38,291 bases of DNA from Minisyncoccota bacterium (lineage in GTDB: Bacteria > Patescibacteriota > Minisyncoccia > Phycocordibacterales > DATDWN01): NCBI GenBank assembly GCA_025450615.1, contig JANWHC010000028.1:1-38291 (forward strand), written 5' to 3'. The notes beneath the pieces were generated by a model. The model was not told where the DNA came from. It saw only the letters and a program-made list of their open reading frames with translations, and ran no database searches. Shown piece by piece: positions 1 to 7,740 of this stretch; the first letter of the stretch is position 1, and each line of letters begins with the position of its first letter. The position numbers were made by a program, and so were the translations under genes.

Positions 1-282
1 CTCGGGGATTTTCTTGCTGATGAAAAAATACTTTCACCTGATCAAGAATCTTCTCGAAGAATTATCGGTGACCAGGTTCGAGAAATTCTTAACGATCTTC
101 CGGAGAAAGAAAGAAAAATTCTAGAACTTCGCCATGGACTTGTAGATGGTGTCACTCACACTTTGGAAGAAGTAGGGAAGGAGTTCGGAGTTACTCGAGA
201 ACGTATAAGGCAGATCGAGGCCAAGGCACATGAGAAAATCCGTCAGCATGACAAAATAAATAGATTGAGGAATTACTTTTAA
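1..282 (+). CDS. rpoD: RNA polymerase primary sigma-70 factor, C-terminal fragment (5' end lies outside the window)
   Basis: Frame +1 is open from the window edge to TAA at 280-282. The translation ...EKERKILELRHGLVDGVTHTLEEVGKEFGVTRERIRQIEAKAHEKIRQ... is the conserved region 4.2 helix-turn-helix of sigma-70 factors. It is absent from the ORF track only because it has no start codon in the window. Confidence 0.85.
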   Translation, partial: LGDFLADEKILSPDQESSRRIIGDQVREILNDLPEKERKILELRHGLVDGVTHTLEEVGKEFGVTRERIRQIEAKAHEKIRQHDKINRLRNYF

Positions 283-321
283 AAAGAATTTTTGTGGTAA
301 GATAAGTCCGGAGGCATTTTG

Positions 322-510
322 ATGGAAGGTCTGGCTTGCCCTAAATGTGGGGGTATTCTCGTCTGGTGGGATGTTGCTGGTGATTTTGTCTGTAAACTCG
401 GACACCTTTTCTGGACAAACCAAACAGAGGAAACCAAATCTGCTCAAGATCGACTCAGTAAAGAATATGAATCGACCGTTTCTTTACTGTCAGTTCTACG
501 TAAGGCGTAG
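322..510 (+). CDS. Small (62 aa) zinc-ribbon-like protein, function unknown
   Basis: ATG at 322 lies 7 nt after GGAGG (310-314); the track's TTG at 319 is less likely. The Cys/His pattern is CPKC-x14-C-x3-H. The gene is G+C-richer than its neighbours and has its own hairpin terminator. Confidence 0.5.
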   Translation: MEGLACPKCGGILVWWDVAGDFVCKLGHLFWTNQTEETKSAQDRLSKEYESTVSLLSVLRKA

Positions 511-557
511 GTCTTGTACGGGCGGGGTTTATGGCCCTGCCCCAGCAAGGCTTTTTT
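511..557 (+). terminator. Rho-independent terminator of the zinc-ribbon mini-gene
   Basis: Stem GTCTTG..GGGCGGGG / CCCTGCCC..CAAGGC (with G-U wobbles) followed by TTTTTT at 552-557. Confidence 0.7.
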
Positions 558-585
558 CGTATCTAAAACATGATATTCTAGGGTT

Positions 586-3516
586 ATGTCGACTATCTTT
601 GACCAAATATTTGAACAGCGATATAAGTCACTAAACAAGGAGCAAAAGGAGGCTGTGGACCACATAGAAGGTCCAGTACTTGTTGTCGCTGGACCCGGAA
701 CGGGAAAAACTACAATTCTAACCTTGCGTATTGCCAATATTTTAAAAAAGACAGACACGCCACCACATGGAATTTTAGCTATAACTTATACTGATGCTGG
801 TGTGAAAGCGATGCGAGAAAAATTACGGGAAGTTATCGGTAATGAGTCTCACGATGTTTATATAAATACTTTCCATGGTTTTGCTTCGAGTATGATTTCA
901 GAATATCAGGATCATTTCTTACGAATTGGGGATTTTCGCCAAATGACAGATGTAGAACAAGAAGGAATGATAAGAGATATAATCTCACGAGCTCAATTTT
1001 CTGAATTAAGACCTCTTGGCAGACCAGATGCTTACGTGACTTCAATAGTAAAAACAATCTCGGAAGCTAAAAGAGATGCCATAACACCTCATTTAGTTCG
1101 AGAAAATGTAAAAAAACAAATTAAAAATATAAAAGCTGACGAGGGAAATATTTCAACTCGTGGAGCAACAAAAGGGCAGCTAAAAGCAGAAGCTTTGGAT
1201 CGTTTGGAAAAACTGGACAAAACAATGCTTTTTGCAGACGTGTACGAGGATTACGAAGAAAAAAAGAAAGCTCAAAAGCTTAGGGACTACGATGATCTCA
1301 TTATTGAACTTTTAGTAACTATGAAGGAAGATAAGTTATTACTTAGACTTATCCAAGAACGTTTTCTGTATGTTTTGGTAGACGAACACCAAGACACCAA
1401 CGATTCTCAGAATTACATAATAAGTTTGATTGCAGAATTTTTCGAGACTCCAAATGTTTTTATTGTTGGAGATGAAAAGCAGGCAGTGTATCGTTTTCAA
1501 GGTGCTTCTGTGGAAAATTTTCTTCTTTTACAAAAGAAATGGCCAAAGATGAAAGTTATCAGTCTCAATACGAATTATCGCTCGCATCAAGACATACTAG
1601 ACGCTACTTTCCAGATGATAGAAAACAACTATAATCCTGGAGAATATTTAGATCTTCGTGTCGAACTAAAATCTGGAAACAAAAAAGATAAGCAACCACT
1701 TGAAATAATCGCCGGAGAAAACACATTGGCAATCGAAAAATATTTAACCGAAGAGCTTATAAAAATTCAGAAAAAAGAACCAGAAGCAACTGTCGCAATT
1801 ATTACTAGAAGAAACAGGGAACTAGAGAGAGTTTTACGTGTTTTAGAGTCGAACAACATTCCTGTTTCATCAGAGAGAAGTGTTGATATCTTTCATCATC
1901 CCGCAGGAATGGTATTTTTTGATTTGATTGAATATGTTACTGATATTTCAAAAATTGACTGCTTAGCTAGAACAATAATTTCTGGAATGTGGGGACTTTC
2001 CTTTACGCAGTCAGTGGAGATGGTCAGAGCTTTGAAGGGTGGAAAAATTTCTGATATCGAGACTATTTTGCCAGCCCTATCAGAAATTAGAAATAAAATG
2101 TTTTCTGACGGTGCTGTAGGAAGTATAGTTTATATTGCAGAGATTTCTGGATTTACTGCACTAGTAGCTCGCGACCCAGCATATGTTCATGTCTGGCGAG
2201 GAATAGTTACTTTGGCTGAATCGCTTTCACGTACTAATCTTATAGATAACCCTACACTTCTTATAAAGGCCATGCTTGAGTATAGGCAATCTGCGGAGTC
2301 TAAACCGGTTAAGGTTTCTGTTGGTGCGCCGGATTTCCAGATTAGGGCTATGACAGCACATGGGTCAAAAGGTCTTGAGTTCGACTTTGTTTTTATGCCG
2401 TACGCTAACGAAGAAGCTTGGGTGGGCAAACCACATGGTTCATCTTTCATTTTGCTTGAAAAGAATGGAAGCTTGCATGATGTAAAAGATATACGAAGGC
2501 TTTTTTATGTCGCTATTACTCGAGCGAGAAAACATGCAGTAATCCTTTACTCTACCCAAGAATCTGACGGAAAGACCCTGACTCCTTTAAGATTTATAAA
2601 TGAGCTTAAAGAAAAAAGTATTTCTCTTAAATCTTTAAAAAGATCAGATCTTTCGCTTGAAATCAATAAAAATACGAAGGAGAAGGAAAGTTCTACTCTT
2701 TTAGTAAATGAAGCAAAAAAAGTTTTAATTGAAAGCGGTCTTTCTGTTACTGCCCTAAACCACTTTTTAGAATGCCCTAGTAAATTTTTGTATGAAAGTG
2801 TTTTGAAATTACCACAAGCGCCAAGTGTTTCAGCTGAGAAAGGAAATGCTATGCATCAAGCTCTGTCTAATGTGTGGGTTAAAAAAGCTCGCGTGTCAAA
2901 AGAAATAGAAAATATTATAAGTGGGACAGTAAAGGAGTATATCGACAAAACTCTCTTATCTCCGGAAGACAAAACTGCTCTAAAAAAAGAACTTACAGAA
3001 AATTCTCCAGTTGTAGCCAAGGCTCTAACTCCACATTTTGATACAAAAGGTACAGTTTCAACTGAAAGATGGGTCGAAGCTAATTTTCCTGCTGAGTACA
3101 AAAAAGAAAAGATAAACATTCGTCTCCACGGAAAACTTGATTCTATGATAGACAACGGAAACACAGTTGAGGTTTTTGATTATAAAACCAGAAAAGCCAT
3201 GACTGTAGCTGCAATAAAAGGTGAGACAAAAAATGATGATGGGGGTTATTTCCGTCAGTTAGTTTTTTATACATTACTTTTACAAAACGATTCTTGGTGG
3301 AGGAGCAAAAAAAGTACCACTTCCTTAGTTTTTGTTACTCCGGACGAAAAAGGCAGATGTCCAATAATAACCTTACCAGTTGAAAATAGCGATGTTATAA
3401 ATCTGAAAGCAGAAATACAATCTGTTGTAGATAGCGTTTGGAGTCAGGAAATAACTACTTCTTACTGTGAGGATAAAGACTGCAAGTATTGTGCTTATCG
3501 TATGCTTATAAATTAG
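586..3516 (+). CDS. UvrD/PcrA-type SF1 helicase fused to a C-terminal PD-(D/E)XK (AddB/Cas4-like) nuclease with a Cys cluster
   Basis: Walker A VVAGPGTGKTT, motif II LVDEHQDTN, NYRS, TAHGSKGLEFDFVF and YVAITRAR. The C-terminal part has LECPSKF, GKLDSMID...VEVFDYKTRK (nuclease D..D/ExK core) and CEDKDCKYC at the end. Confidence 0.85.
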   Translation: MSTIFDQIFEQRYKSLNKEQKEAVDHIEGPVLVVAGPGTGKTTILTLRIANILKKTDTPPHGILAITYTDAGVKAMREKLREVIGNESHDVYINTFHGFASSMISEYQDHFLRIGDFRQMTDVEQEGMIRDIISRAQFSELRPLGRPDAYVTSIVKTISEAKRDAITPHLVRENVKKQIKNIKADEGNISTRGATKGQLKAEALDRLEKLDKTMLFADVYEDYEEKKKAQKLRDYDDLIIELLVTMKEDKLLLRLIQERFLYVLVDEHQDTNDSQNYIISLIAEFFETPNVFIVGDEKQAVYRFQGASVENFLLLQKKWPKMKVISLNTNYRSHQDILDATFQMIENNYNPGEYLDLRVELKSGNKKDKQPLEIIAGENTLAIEKYLTEELIKIQKKEPEATVAIITRRNRELERVLRVLESNNIPVSSERSVDIFHHPAGMVFFDLIEYVTDISKIDCLARTIISGMWGLSFTQSVEMVRALKGGKISDIETILPALSEIRNKMFSDGAVGSIVYIAEISGFTALVARDPAYVHVWRGIVTLAESLSRTNLIDNPTLLIKAMLEYRQSAESKPVKVSVGAPDFQIRAMTAHGSKGLEFDFVFMPYANEEAWVGKPHGSSFILLEKNGSLHDVKDIRRLFYVAITRARKHAVILYSTQESDGKTLTPLRFINELKEKSISLKSLKRSDLSLEINKNTKEKESSTLLVNEAKKVLIESGLSVTALNHFLECPSKFLYESVLKLPQAPSVSAEKGNAMHQALSNVWVKKARVSKEIENIISGTVKEYIDKTLLSPEDKTALKKELTENSPVVAKALTPHFDTKGTVSTERWVEANFPAEYKKEKINIRLHGKLDSMIDNGNTVEVFDYKTRKAMTVAAIKGETKNDDGGYFRQLVFYTLLLQNDSWWRSKKSTTSLVFVTPDEKGRCPIITLPVENSDVINLKAEIQSVVDSVWSQEITTSYCEDKDCKYCAYRMLIN

Positions 3517-4226
3517 TTTAACAATGCATCTAACACAGCTTTAAGATTCTCATAAGGCTGCGCTCCACTAAATACAGTTTTTGTTCCGTCTTTAGTAATA
3601 AGTATGGAGTTAGGTGTTCCTCTAGCGCCTGAGTTTACAGCATCTGTGTAGTCAGCTTTGACTTTGTCTTCATATCGACCCTCTGTTAGACATTTATTAA
3701 ATGCTGTTACATCAACACCGACTTGTCCGGCTAGTTTAGGAAGTTGTGCTGGATCTAGTGAGTTGTTTGAGTTTGTCGTTGCGTAGATCAAATCCAAGTA
3801 TTGCCAGAATTTTTCTGATCCACCAAGCTCGTTTACACACTCTGTTGCCTCAGCTTCCTTTTGAGCTTTTGGGTGGAGGCTGTCGATAGGGAAATGTCGG
3901 TAAACCCAAGCCACTTTTCCTGAACTACCGTATTCGTTTATTACTCGGTGTAAAGTTGTGTGAAATTGCTTACAGTATGGGCATTCTGTATCGGAATACT
4001 CTACAATGATTACCTCTGCATTTGGATTGCCCAAGATATGGTCTTCTGCTCCTAGTTGCCTCATATTTACTGCTAAAGCAGTAGGCTGGTTGCCAGTAAC
4101 CGGCTCATTATTCATCTTTGTATTTGAGTAATACAAAGATACTGCAACAAGTGCTCCGGCCAAGACGATAGCTATAGGCACAGATAGTTTTTCCAAGGCG
4201 CTTTTTTGTGGTGTTGTGGGTTCCAA
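3513..4226 (-). CDS. Membrane-anchored DsbA-family thiol:disulfide oxidoreductase
   Basis: N-terminal transmembrane helix (VPIAIVLAGALVAVSLYY), thioredoxin-fold active site CPYC, and a DsbA-like C-terminal part (GARGTPNSILI). Confidence 0.8.
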   Translation of the reverse strand: MEPTTPQKSALEKLSVPIAIVLAGALVAVSLYYSNTKMNNEPVTGNQPTALAVNMRQLGAEDHILGNPNAEVIIVEYSDTECPYCKQFHTTLHRVINEYGSSGKVAWVYRHFPIDSLHPKAQKEAEATECVNELGGSEKFWQYLDLIYATTNSNNSLDPAQLPKLAGQVGVDVTAFNKCLTEGRYEDKVKADYTDAVNSGARGTPNSILITKDGTKTVFSGAQPYENLKAVLDALLN

Positions 4227-4273
4227 TTTGTTTAAATTAAATGCTAAATAAACTTATGCTATGATTCTACTAT

Positions 4274-5074
4274 ATGAGTCACTTAGTCGCAATTATACTC
4301 GGCTTTGTCGAAGGAGCAACAGAATTCATACCCGTCTCTTCTACTGGCCATCTTATTATTGTTAGGCAAATTTTTGGCGAAAACAACCTAGGCGGTTTGG
4401 CTTTCGATGCGATTTTACAAATGGCTACCACCTTTTCTCTAATCGCTTATTTCTGGAAGGATATTTTTGGGCTTATCGTGACTTTTTTAAATCTAATATC
4501 TAAAAGATCTTTATACCAGTCTGAAAGAACAAAACTTTACGCGATAGTTTTAGGTACAATTCCCGCAGTAATTTTTGGAATTCTTTTAGAAACTTACATG
4601 GATACGGTTTTTCGTAATGTTCAGTTGGTAGCAATAACTTTAATTTTAGGGAGTATTTTATTTTGGTTTGCGGAAAAGTTCGGTAAAGGAGATAAAATTC
4701 TCTCGATAGGGAGGGGAGTCATGATTGGCTTTTTCCAGTGTTTAGCACTAATTCCCGGTATTTCAAGATCTGGGGCAACTATTTCCGGAGGATTACTTTT
4801 GGGACTAGAGAAAGACGAAGCTGTCAGGTTTAGTTTTCTTTTATCAATCCCTGTTTTACTTGGTGCAGGTCTAAAAAAACTTTTTGAAGTTAGGAGTGAA
4901 ATTTTTACAACAGACTTTGGTTCAGCACTACTTTTAGGTTCTATTGTAGCTTTTGTGGTAGGTCTACTTTCTATAAACTTTCTTGTTAAATATTTAAGAA
5001 ACCATAGTTTAAAAGTTTTCATTTGGTACAGAATAGCCTTGGCCTTCATTATCCTAATTGCAGTTGGTTTTTAG
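4274..5074 (+). CDS. uppP: Undecaprenyl-diphosphate phosphatase (BacA/UppP)
   Basis: A polytopic membrane protein with the UppP signatures EFIPVSSTGHL and IPGISRSGATI. Confidence 0.9.
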   Translation: MSHLVAIILGFVEGATEFIPVSSTGHLIIVRQIFGENNLGGLAFDAILQMATTFSLIAYFWKDIFGLIVTFLNLISKRSLYQSERTKLYAIVLGTIPAVIFGILLETYMDTVFRNVQLVAITLILGSILFWFAEKFGKGDKILSIGRGVMIGFFQCLALIPGISRSGATISGGLLLGLEKDEAVRFSFLLSIPVLLGAGLKKLFEVRSEIFTTDFGSALLLGSIVAFVVGLLSINFLVKYLRNHSLKVFIWYRIALAFIILIAVGF

Positions 5075-5162
5075 TTTGTTATTATTAATTATGGAGGTGA
5101 CGATCGTACATTCTTAACCATAACCAGTAGATCAGCCGTTTCCATCGTCCAAGATAACTCTA

Positions 5163-5199
5163 CCCTGAGGAGGGCCAACTCTCCTCAGGGTTTAATTTT
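5163..5199 (+). terminator. Rho-independent terminator of uppP
   Basis: Perfect 10-bp stem CCCTGAGGAG / CTCCTCAGGG (5163-5172 / 5181-5190) followed by TTTAATTTT. Confidence 0.75.
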
Positions 5200-5247
5200 G
5201 TCTAAAATATCCTTATTTTAAGCCATGTTTTAGGTAGAGTTTGACAG

Positions 5248-5277
5248 TTGACAGAAAATATGCGGATATGCTAAGGT
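5248..5277 (+). promoter_or_regulatory. Candidate sigma70-type promoter of an orphan GC-rich unit
   Basis: Tandem TTGACA boxes at 5241-5246 and 5248-5253. The second lies 18 nt upstream of TAAGGT (5272-5277). Confidence 0.35.
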
Positions 5278-5318
5278 ATAAGGGTACTCGATCGACAACC
5301 CTTTTCAAAGGAGTCACG

Positions 5319-5372
5319 ATGAGGCGTTCCTTCCTGATGGGCCAGATGGCCAAATATTTCGTTTCCGACTGA
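5319..5372 (+). CDS. Candidate 17-codon sORF (MRRSFLMGQMAKYFVSD); the unit may instead be a non-coding sRNA
   Basis: AAAGGAG (5307-5313) lies 5 nt before the ATG. The ORF is followed by a very GC-rich nested hairpin tract (CGCGG..CCAGC agat GCTGG..CCGCG) and a terminator. There is no downstream gene on this strand. Confidence 0.25.
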   Translation: MRRSFLMGQMAKYFVSD

Positions 5373-5429
5373 CGTCGCCGCCGGCCAGCCCGCGGTTCGG
5401 CCCAGCAGATGCTGGCGCCGCGAGCTGCC

Positions 5430-5466
5430 AAAGGCCCAGGGAGTAATCCCCGGGCCTTTTCTTTTA
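5430..5466 (+). terminator. Rho-independent terminator (may also serve the convergent exonuclease gene)
   Basis: Stem AAAGGCCCAGGG / CCCCGGGCCTTT (one mismatch), loop AGTAAT, then TTTTCTTTTATTT. Confidence 0.7.
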
Positions 5467-5467
5467 T

Positions 5468-6049
5468 TTAGACAAGACTTTGAGTTTTAACTTCAGCAGT
5501 CGGTTCCCAATGCCTCGTATCAAGTTTTACTTCTTTCATAAAAGGTCCTTCTTTGTAGATAAGTTTCTTATTTTTCATAGCGTATTCGTAAACGTCCTTG
5601 GTAATTTTCACATCATCTAAACAGTATTTTTTTATTTTTTCAATTTCACCTTCCCGCCACCACTTCACAGCGTCTAAACCATCACCACTTTTGTTTATTC
5701 CAAAAGTGCCGACTGCAATATTGTCTAGCTTTAACCATTTTCCAGAAGTGTTTTTTATTTCTTTAAAAACATCGAGCGAACGAATATCCTTCAAATCCCC
5801 AAGTCCTGCTTTTTTGTAATATTTGTTTAAAAGTGGAATATCAAAGTATTCACCGTTGAAAGTTATAAGTAAGTCTGCCTTTTTTATAAACTCCCACATT
5901 TTAGGGAACTCTTCTTCGAGAAAGGTATGGTATTTGTCAGTTTCGTAGTCGTAAAGTCCAACTAGTGAGATATCTAAATCAATCGGGTCTCTTGATCCAA
6001 CATCTTGGAAAATATTTTTTGTCTCAATATCAAATACAACCTTTTTCAT
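5468..6049 (-). CDS. RNase H-fold 3'-5' exonuclease (DnaQ/PolB-exonuclease-like)
   Basis: Exo I VVFDIET, Exo II ITFNGEYFDIPLL and Exo III YCLDDVKITKDVYEY. Confidence 0.7.
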   Translation of the reverse strand: MKKVVFDIETKNIFQDVGSRDPIDLDISLVGLYDYETDKYHTFLEEEFPKMWEFIKKADLLITFNGEYFDIPLLNKYYKKAGLGDLKDIRSLDVFKEIKNTSGKWLKLDNIAVGTFGINKSGDGLDAVKWWREGEIEKIKKYCLDDVKITKDVYEYAMKNKKLIYKEGPFMKEVKLDTRHWEPTAEVKTQSLV

Positions 6050-6055
6050 ACAGCC

Positions 6056-6083
6056 AGTATAACAGTAGATTTTGTAGTCGCAA
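6056..6083 (-). promoter_or_regulatory. Candidate promoter giving a leaderless or near-leaderless exonuclease mRNA
   Basis: On the minus strand, TTGCGA (6083-6078) - 16 nt - TATACT (6061-6056), with the ATG (6049-6047) starting 6 nt after the -10 box. No SD sequence is present. Confidence 0.4.
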
Positions 6084-6248
6084 AGTTTTTTCTCACTGTA
6101 AATTTTCAGAGCACGTATAAAAATTCCGGCGAATTTTTATACTCTTGTCCTCACCCCAAAGCATGGCTCCGTCAAGAACGGGTGCCTTGACGGAGCCATG
6201 CTTTGGGGTTGCGGAGTCTCTGAAAATTTACTGTTCAACAAACTTTGC
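6080..6248. repeat. Compound nested palindrome of about 170 bp (outer inverted repeats plus two internal perfect hairpins)
   Basis: Outer pairs are GCAAAGTTT (6080-6088) with AAACTTTGC (6240-6248), and GTAAATTTTCAGAG (6098-6111) with CTCTGAAAATTTAC (6218-6231). Inner hairpin 1 is GTATAAAAATTC cggc GAATTTTTATAC (6115-6142). Inner hairpin 2 is a perfect 23-bp stem, CCCCAAAGCATGGCTCCGTCAAG (6154-6176) with 6186-6208. Confidence 0.6.
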
Positions 6249-6281
6249 ATAACTAGTTTTTGTCGAATTAAGATTTTTGGA

Positions 6282-6393
6282 AGACCGTGCAGGCCTTGAG
6301 CACGGTTTTGTCAAAGTCCGAACGAAGTGAGGTTCATTGACAAATCAAGGCCGAGCACAAAGAGAGCGGCGCGCCGGTGCAAGCGAACGGTCT
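6282..6393. other. GC-rich structured intergenic tract (candidate RNA element; strand unresolved)
   Basis: Nested complementarity: AGACCG (6282-6287)/CGGTCT (6388-6393), GTGCAGGCCTTG (6287-6298)/CAAGGCCGAGCAC (6346-6358) and TTTTGTCAA (6306-6314)/TTGACAAA (6337-6344). It also contains the 10-bp palindrome CGGCGCGCCG. No convincing ORF is present. Confidence 0.3.
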
Positions 6394-6424
6394 GGAAAAA
6401 AGCTTAATGAGTAAGAAAACTAGT

Positions 6425-7714
6425 TTATCCAACCACTTCCACAATCTCCTCTAGTTTCACTTTCTTTTCTTCTCCAGTTTCTAGGTTTTTCAAGGGATAG
6501 ATTTCAGTTTTAACTTCGTTTTCGCCAACAACAAGAGTAAAAGGTACACCATGTTTACTAGCAGTTTTTATCTGGTCACCAACTTTTTTACCAGTGAAAT
6601 CAACTTCAACATTTATACCTTGCTCACGTAGTTTCATTGCGATTGAGTTTGACTCATCGATAAAATCAGAAGATAGTGAACAAATATAAACTTTTGTTTT
6701 TGGAGTATATTTTGGTATAAGTTCGTGAGACATTAAGAAATCTTTTAAAGTTACATCTCCAGCGCCAAAACCAAAAGCTGGAATTTTTCTTGCGCCAAAA
6801 ATATCAAGTAAGTCATCATATCGTCCACCACCATATACAGAGCGGTTGTTATCTGGATGAACATCAAAAACTTCGAAAACTACTCCGGTGTAATAGTCAA
6901 AGCCTCGCATTAAAGTTGGATCAAAGGCCACATTTTTAACTCCATTTTTCTCAAGTTTATCTATGAGGTCGATTAATTCTTTTGAATGTTTATTTTCTCC
7001 CAAATGGTCTAGGAGTTTATCATTGGACTCAAGCAGGAAAGCGAATTCTACAGATTTTTCACCCATGATTTCAAAAAGACTTGCTTCAAATGTTGATTTG
7101 GAAATTTTATCTTTCTTATCTATTATTTTTGAAACTTTGTGAGAATTTTCCTCATCTAACCCAAATTTTTCATATAATACGTTTACAAGCTTTCGATCAT
7201 TTATTTTTATTATGAAATCAGAATCTTTTGCGCCAAAAGCTTTCATGATTCCATAGGCGATCGTGATTACTTCTACATCGGCCTCATTTGAATTAACCCC
7301 AAAAATATCTACGTTTAACTGCCAGTGTTCTCGAAGTCTTCCTCGTTGAGGTTTTTCATATCTAAAAAGATTAGGAATGGAATACCAACGCAATGGAAAA
7401 GCCAAGGTTTTTTCTCTAGCTGCAACAAGACGCGCGACTGTCGGAGTCATCTCTGGTCGCAAAGTGACTTCACGATCTCCACGATCTGTAAAAGTATATG
7501 TTTGTTCGTTTACTATTTCCTCGCCAGATTTTGCTTTGTATAATTCAGCAGATTCTAAAACTGATGCAGTATATTCAGAATATCCAAAGCTTTCAACAAC
7601 CCTCCTCCATGTATCAAAAATATGGTTTTGGACGAATAGGTCTTCTGGATAAAAATCCCGTACACCCTTATAAGATTCGGTGCTGATTTTTATTTCTGGT
7701 TTCTCTTTTGCCAT
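6425..7714 (-). CDS. hisS: Histidine--tRNA ligase
   Basis: Class II aaRS motifs and HisRS signatures (LRPEMTPTVAR, RYEKPQRGRLREHWQ, GGGRYD, FGFGAGD), plus a C-terminal anticodon-binding domain. Confidence 0.95.
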   Translation of the reverse strand: MAKEKPEIKISTESYKGVRDFYPEDLFVQNHIFDTWRRVVESFGYSEYTASVLESAELYKAKSGEEIVNEQTYTFTDRGDREVTLRPEMTPTVARLVAAREKTLAFPLRWYSIPNLFRYEKPQRGRLREHWQLNVDIFGVNSNEADVEVITIAYGIMKAFGAKDSDFIIKINDRKLVNVLYEKFGLDEENSHKVSKIIDKKDKISKSTFEASLFEIMGEKSVEFAFLLESNDKLLDHLGENKHSKELIDLIDKLEKNGVKNVAFDPTLMRGFDYYTGVVFEVFDVHPDNNRSVYGGGRYDDLLDIFGARKIPAFGFGAGDVTLKDFLMSHELIPKYTPKTKVYICSLSSDFIDESNSIAMKLREQGINVEVDFTGKKVGDQIKTASKHGVPFTLVVGENEVKTEIYPLKNLETGEEKKVKLEEIVEVVG

Positions 7715-7740
7715 AATATAGGTTATTGTAACAATATTAT

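Noticed and set aside
121-758. Minus-strand ORFs 121..447 and 444..758, and plus-strand ORF 347..634.
   Set aside because: They overlap the sigma-factor 3' end, the SD-preceded zinc-ribbon ORF, its terminator and the helicase start. They have no SD sequence and low-complexity translations, so they are shadow frames.
5213-5431. A 72-aa Arg-rich minus-strand ORF in the GC-rich tract.
   Set aside because: It has no SD sequence, runs antisense to the promoter/SD/terminator polarity of the unit, and has the Arg/Ala-rich composition typical of a spurious frame in GC-rich DNA.
6005-6190. A 61-aa plus-strand ORF that spans the exonuclease start and the palindrome.
   Set aside because: It overlaps the exonuclease start on the opposite strand and ends inside the 23-bp hairpin. 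It has no SD sequence.
6098-6231. Reading the palindrome as a MITE with 14-16-bp terminal inverted repeats.
   Set aside because: The sequences flanking the putative TIRs are themselves inverted (GCAAAGTTT/AAACTTTGC) rather than direct target-site duplications. Copy number cannot be assessed from one window, so I keep it as an unexplained palindrome.
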